In this document: positions 61,701 to 64,000 of the stretch, one piece after another
Position numbering within the stretch: position 1 is the first letter of the stretch
Layout: each line of letters begins with the position of its first letter
Assembly: GCF_028641065.1 (NCBI RefSeq)
Contig: NC_073383.1
Span: forward strand, 53,444,001 to 53,508,000
DNA: 64,000 bases
Direction: 5' to 3'
Source of the DNA: Leucoraja erinacea
Taxonomy: Eukaryota
Program-made: the position numbers and the translations under genes
Notes under the pieces: generated by a model
Databases searched by the model: none
What the model was told of the DNA's origin: nothing
What the model saw: the letters and a program-made list of their open reading frames with translations, nothing else

Positions 61701-62613
61701 GATCCAGGTCACTGTCTTACTACATATTCCAATTATTGTAATATTTGTAAAAATCAGACACTGCACTTGGTTTCCAAATATAGGACACATCATCCATGTA
61801 ACATGCAGAAATAATGGCAGTGCCCACCAGGTCTAATTGCTGAGTTAACATCTTTGAAGTGGATAGCAAGTTGTGTATAAAGCAAACACTGAGAAGTTTA
61901 GGAAGAGGAGTTAGGAGACATGGTGATTAGGAAAACTGTTTTGGATGTACTGTTAAATTTATGCTCACAATGCTAAATTTATGCCCATGTCTAAAATGAC
62001 ACCCAATATTTTAATTATGTTATATGATTTTGTAAAGAGTGAAGATTATGGGTCATTGTAGCAGGGACAATATGAAATAATGAGGGACCCTCCAGATTGC
62101 TTCCATGCAAAATTTGCTCCAAAGCACATTTTACCAAGGCAAGAACAATATTTCAAAATAGTCTGTCCAGTGTTTTGAATGATGTTAAAAACAATTGAAA
62201 CTTATTTTGATACATCAAATATTTTGTTGTCAAATCACAGTGACTCACTTTCTATTGCTTTTAATAATGGAGAAATACATTAACATGCAAGTTCAAACCC
62301 AAAAGCCAACTACATAATATGTGCTACAGGTCTGGAGTTTGACAGTCAATAAATTTCTATTTCACATGCATTGAATAAAAATGAGTTGGTGGATGGTGAT
62401 AAATTAGCATATGACAAATTACACCATCTATTTCTCTATTTGGTTATTATCTGCCTGAAATTGTCAGAAATACAATTTCTTAACTAGAATGCAATGCACT
62501 GATGCATATGGGGAAATGTAACATTGACCGGAAGAGGTTAAAAGAAGTTAAATCAGAGCCTGGTTCATAAATGCATTTGTTTGCAAAATTGAACAGAAAA
62601 CGTATGTTCCCTG

Positions 62614-63245
62614 AATACGATACAATACGATATGATGCGATAAACGTTATTCATCCACGGAGGGAAATTGGTCTGCCAACAGTCACAACACACAAGATAC
62701 ACAAAAACTTGAAATTAAAAGTGAAAACAAAAAGAAAAAGACAAACCACTGTTGGCTGGCTGCCATGTGCACAGCGCCTTCATCAGAACGAATGAACAAA
62801 CAAACAAGCACAGACTTATCCCCTAGGCAGAGGATTCTAAACTAGAGTGCCCACCCTCCCCTTCCTCCACACTCGTTCCCCTTTTGTTCTCCCACCGTCT
62901 CTCATGGCGGTTCCCCCACTCCGGGTCCCCATTTTCTTCCCCTCCCCCCACTGCCACCAAGGCTCCCGCTACTGTCAAGGCACCCGTTGCCACTGCCGAG
63001 TCTCCTCCTGCCGAGTCTACCACAGCCGAGTCTCCCACTGCTGCCGCCGAGGTTCCCATCACCGCCACCGCTGAGGCTTCATCAGCCCAAACAGGCCTTG
63101 CCACCCAGCTTCACCGCAGTCCCCTAGGAGACCTGTGGGGCGTTGGGCCTACCGGGGTGCATTCCAGTCTTCAGTCGTTGTTCTGGTCGTCGGTGCTGCG
63201 GTTGTTCGGCAGGTGGATCGGGCCCACCTAGCTCTCTGGGTGATG
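62614..63245 (-). mobile_element. Element with Rex/L2-type 3' tail ((ATCGT)n) and GC-rich non-coding body
   Basis: atacgatacaatacgat...ttattcatccacggagggaaattg terminus. CpG-rich body with 15-bp repeats at about 62990-63055. Confidence 0.5.
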
Positions 63246-63249
63246 TTTT

Positions 63250-63352
63250 GAGACGTCGAGACCCTGAGTCTGAGGATGGTTCTCACACCCATCCCTTCTC
63301 TCCAGAGATGCTGCGTGTCCCGCTCAGTTACTCCAGCATTTTGTGTCTATCT
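63250..63352 (+). mobile_element. Penelope pLTR-derived element
   Basis: gtctgaggatgg...ccagagatgctgcgtgtcccgctcagttactccagcattttgtgtctatc. Confidence 0.8.
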
Positions 63353-63884
63353 CTGATCATTGTTATTGATAGGTGAAGTTACCACATGCCCATGTCTCTC
63401 CTCAGATATGGAGCCCACTGCAGCTCAGGGACATTGTTTTCAATCATATGGCCAAGTATTTTGGCTGCACTCAGCAAACCACTGGCTAACATCCAAGGCA
63501 TAAGCAAATGAGTAATGCTTAGCCAAAGGGATTGAAAATAAAATTATTAACAAATGTGGACACAAACACACATTATTCAAAACCCTGCAAAATGATGGTG
63601 AACGTTTAGATTTTATACTGTTTGAAAATAATAAGTAAGCGACACAACAAGATAAGGGAAGGAGAAATTGAATCGACTTGCAGAGCTTTGCTCTGATGTA
63701 TATATATCTAGACGTTCACTTACAAAGGCAGTGACCCAAGGATTCACTGGGCTAGAATACTAATAAATCTCTGACATGATGAATCAAGGAGACCACAGAA
63801 AATGAGCTGGCAACCATCTGTTGGGTCTGGATGGTTAACATCAGAGATTGTGATTCAGCTTGTCGAACCAGTGTGTTTTCCAAG

Positions 63885-64000
63885 GGACATAGGAACATAG
63901 CAAATAAAAGCAGGAATAGGCAATTGTTTTTGCCACTCAGTAAGATCATTGCTGATATTTTCCTTTAGTGCTACTATGCATTAATCTCATATCCCTTGAT
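63885..64000 (-). mobile_element. CR1/SINE 3' tail fragment
   Basis: acataggaacatag...gcaggaataggc...aagatcattgctgat. Confidence 0.55.

Noticed and set aside
62823-63376. Mucin-like ORF (ATAESPPAESTTAESP)
   Set aside because: Explained by a 15-bp minisatellite in a repeat. No splice signals or true start.
1-64000. Prokaryotic systems (operons, CRISPR arrays, defence islands)
   Set aside because: The sequence is vertebrate-type repeat-rich DNA. The recurring repeats are dispersed TE fragments, not regular repeat-spacer arrays.

Overview
Eukaryotic, transposon-dense, apparently non-coding vertebrate DNA. The repeat complement (CR1 LINEs, tRNA-derived V-SINE/HE1-like SINEs, Neptune-type Penelope elements, L1, L2, Rex1/Babar, RTE, Gypsy) points to a cartilaginous fish, probably a skate or ray; this is inferred from pattern recognition. 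I could not identify any host protein-coding exon. All long recognisable ORFs are retroelement fragments. The window is probably a gene desert or large intron, with several TE-free islands that could be conserved enhancers. The most notable signal is a minimal hammerhead-ribozyme-like core (CUGAAGA-stem II-GAAA-CG-UH) in the Penelope terminal repeat. It is dispersed as roughly 20 short ORF-less copies. Several have their own 11-17 bp target-site duplications, some are head-to-head dimers joined at the ribozyme core, one was copied reiteratively and one is nested in an older copy. Other oddities are a perfect palindrome made of two LINE tails, a Gypsy relic with three nested LTR-like starts, a templated 92-bp duplication that preserves a transposon's empty site, a non-autonomous Helitron, and a scrambled segment that is probably an assembly artefact. 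There are three N gaps (7211-7383, 7407-7706, 11397-11544). Coordinates were counted by eye, and boundaries of old elements are approximate.
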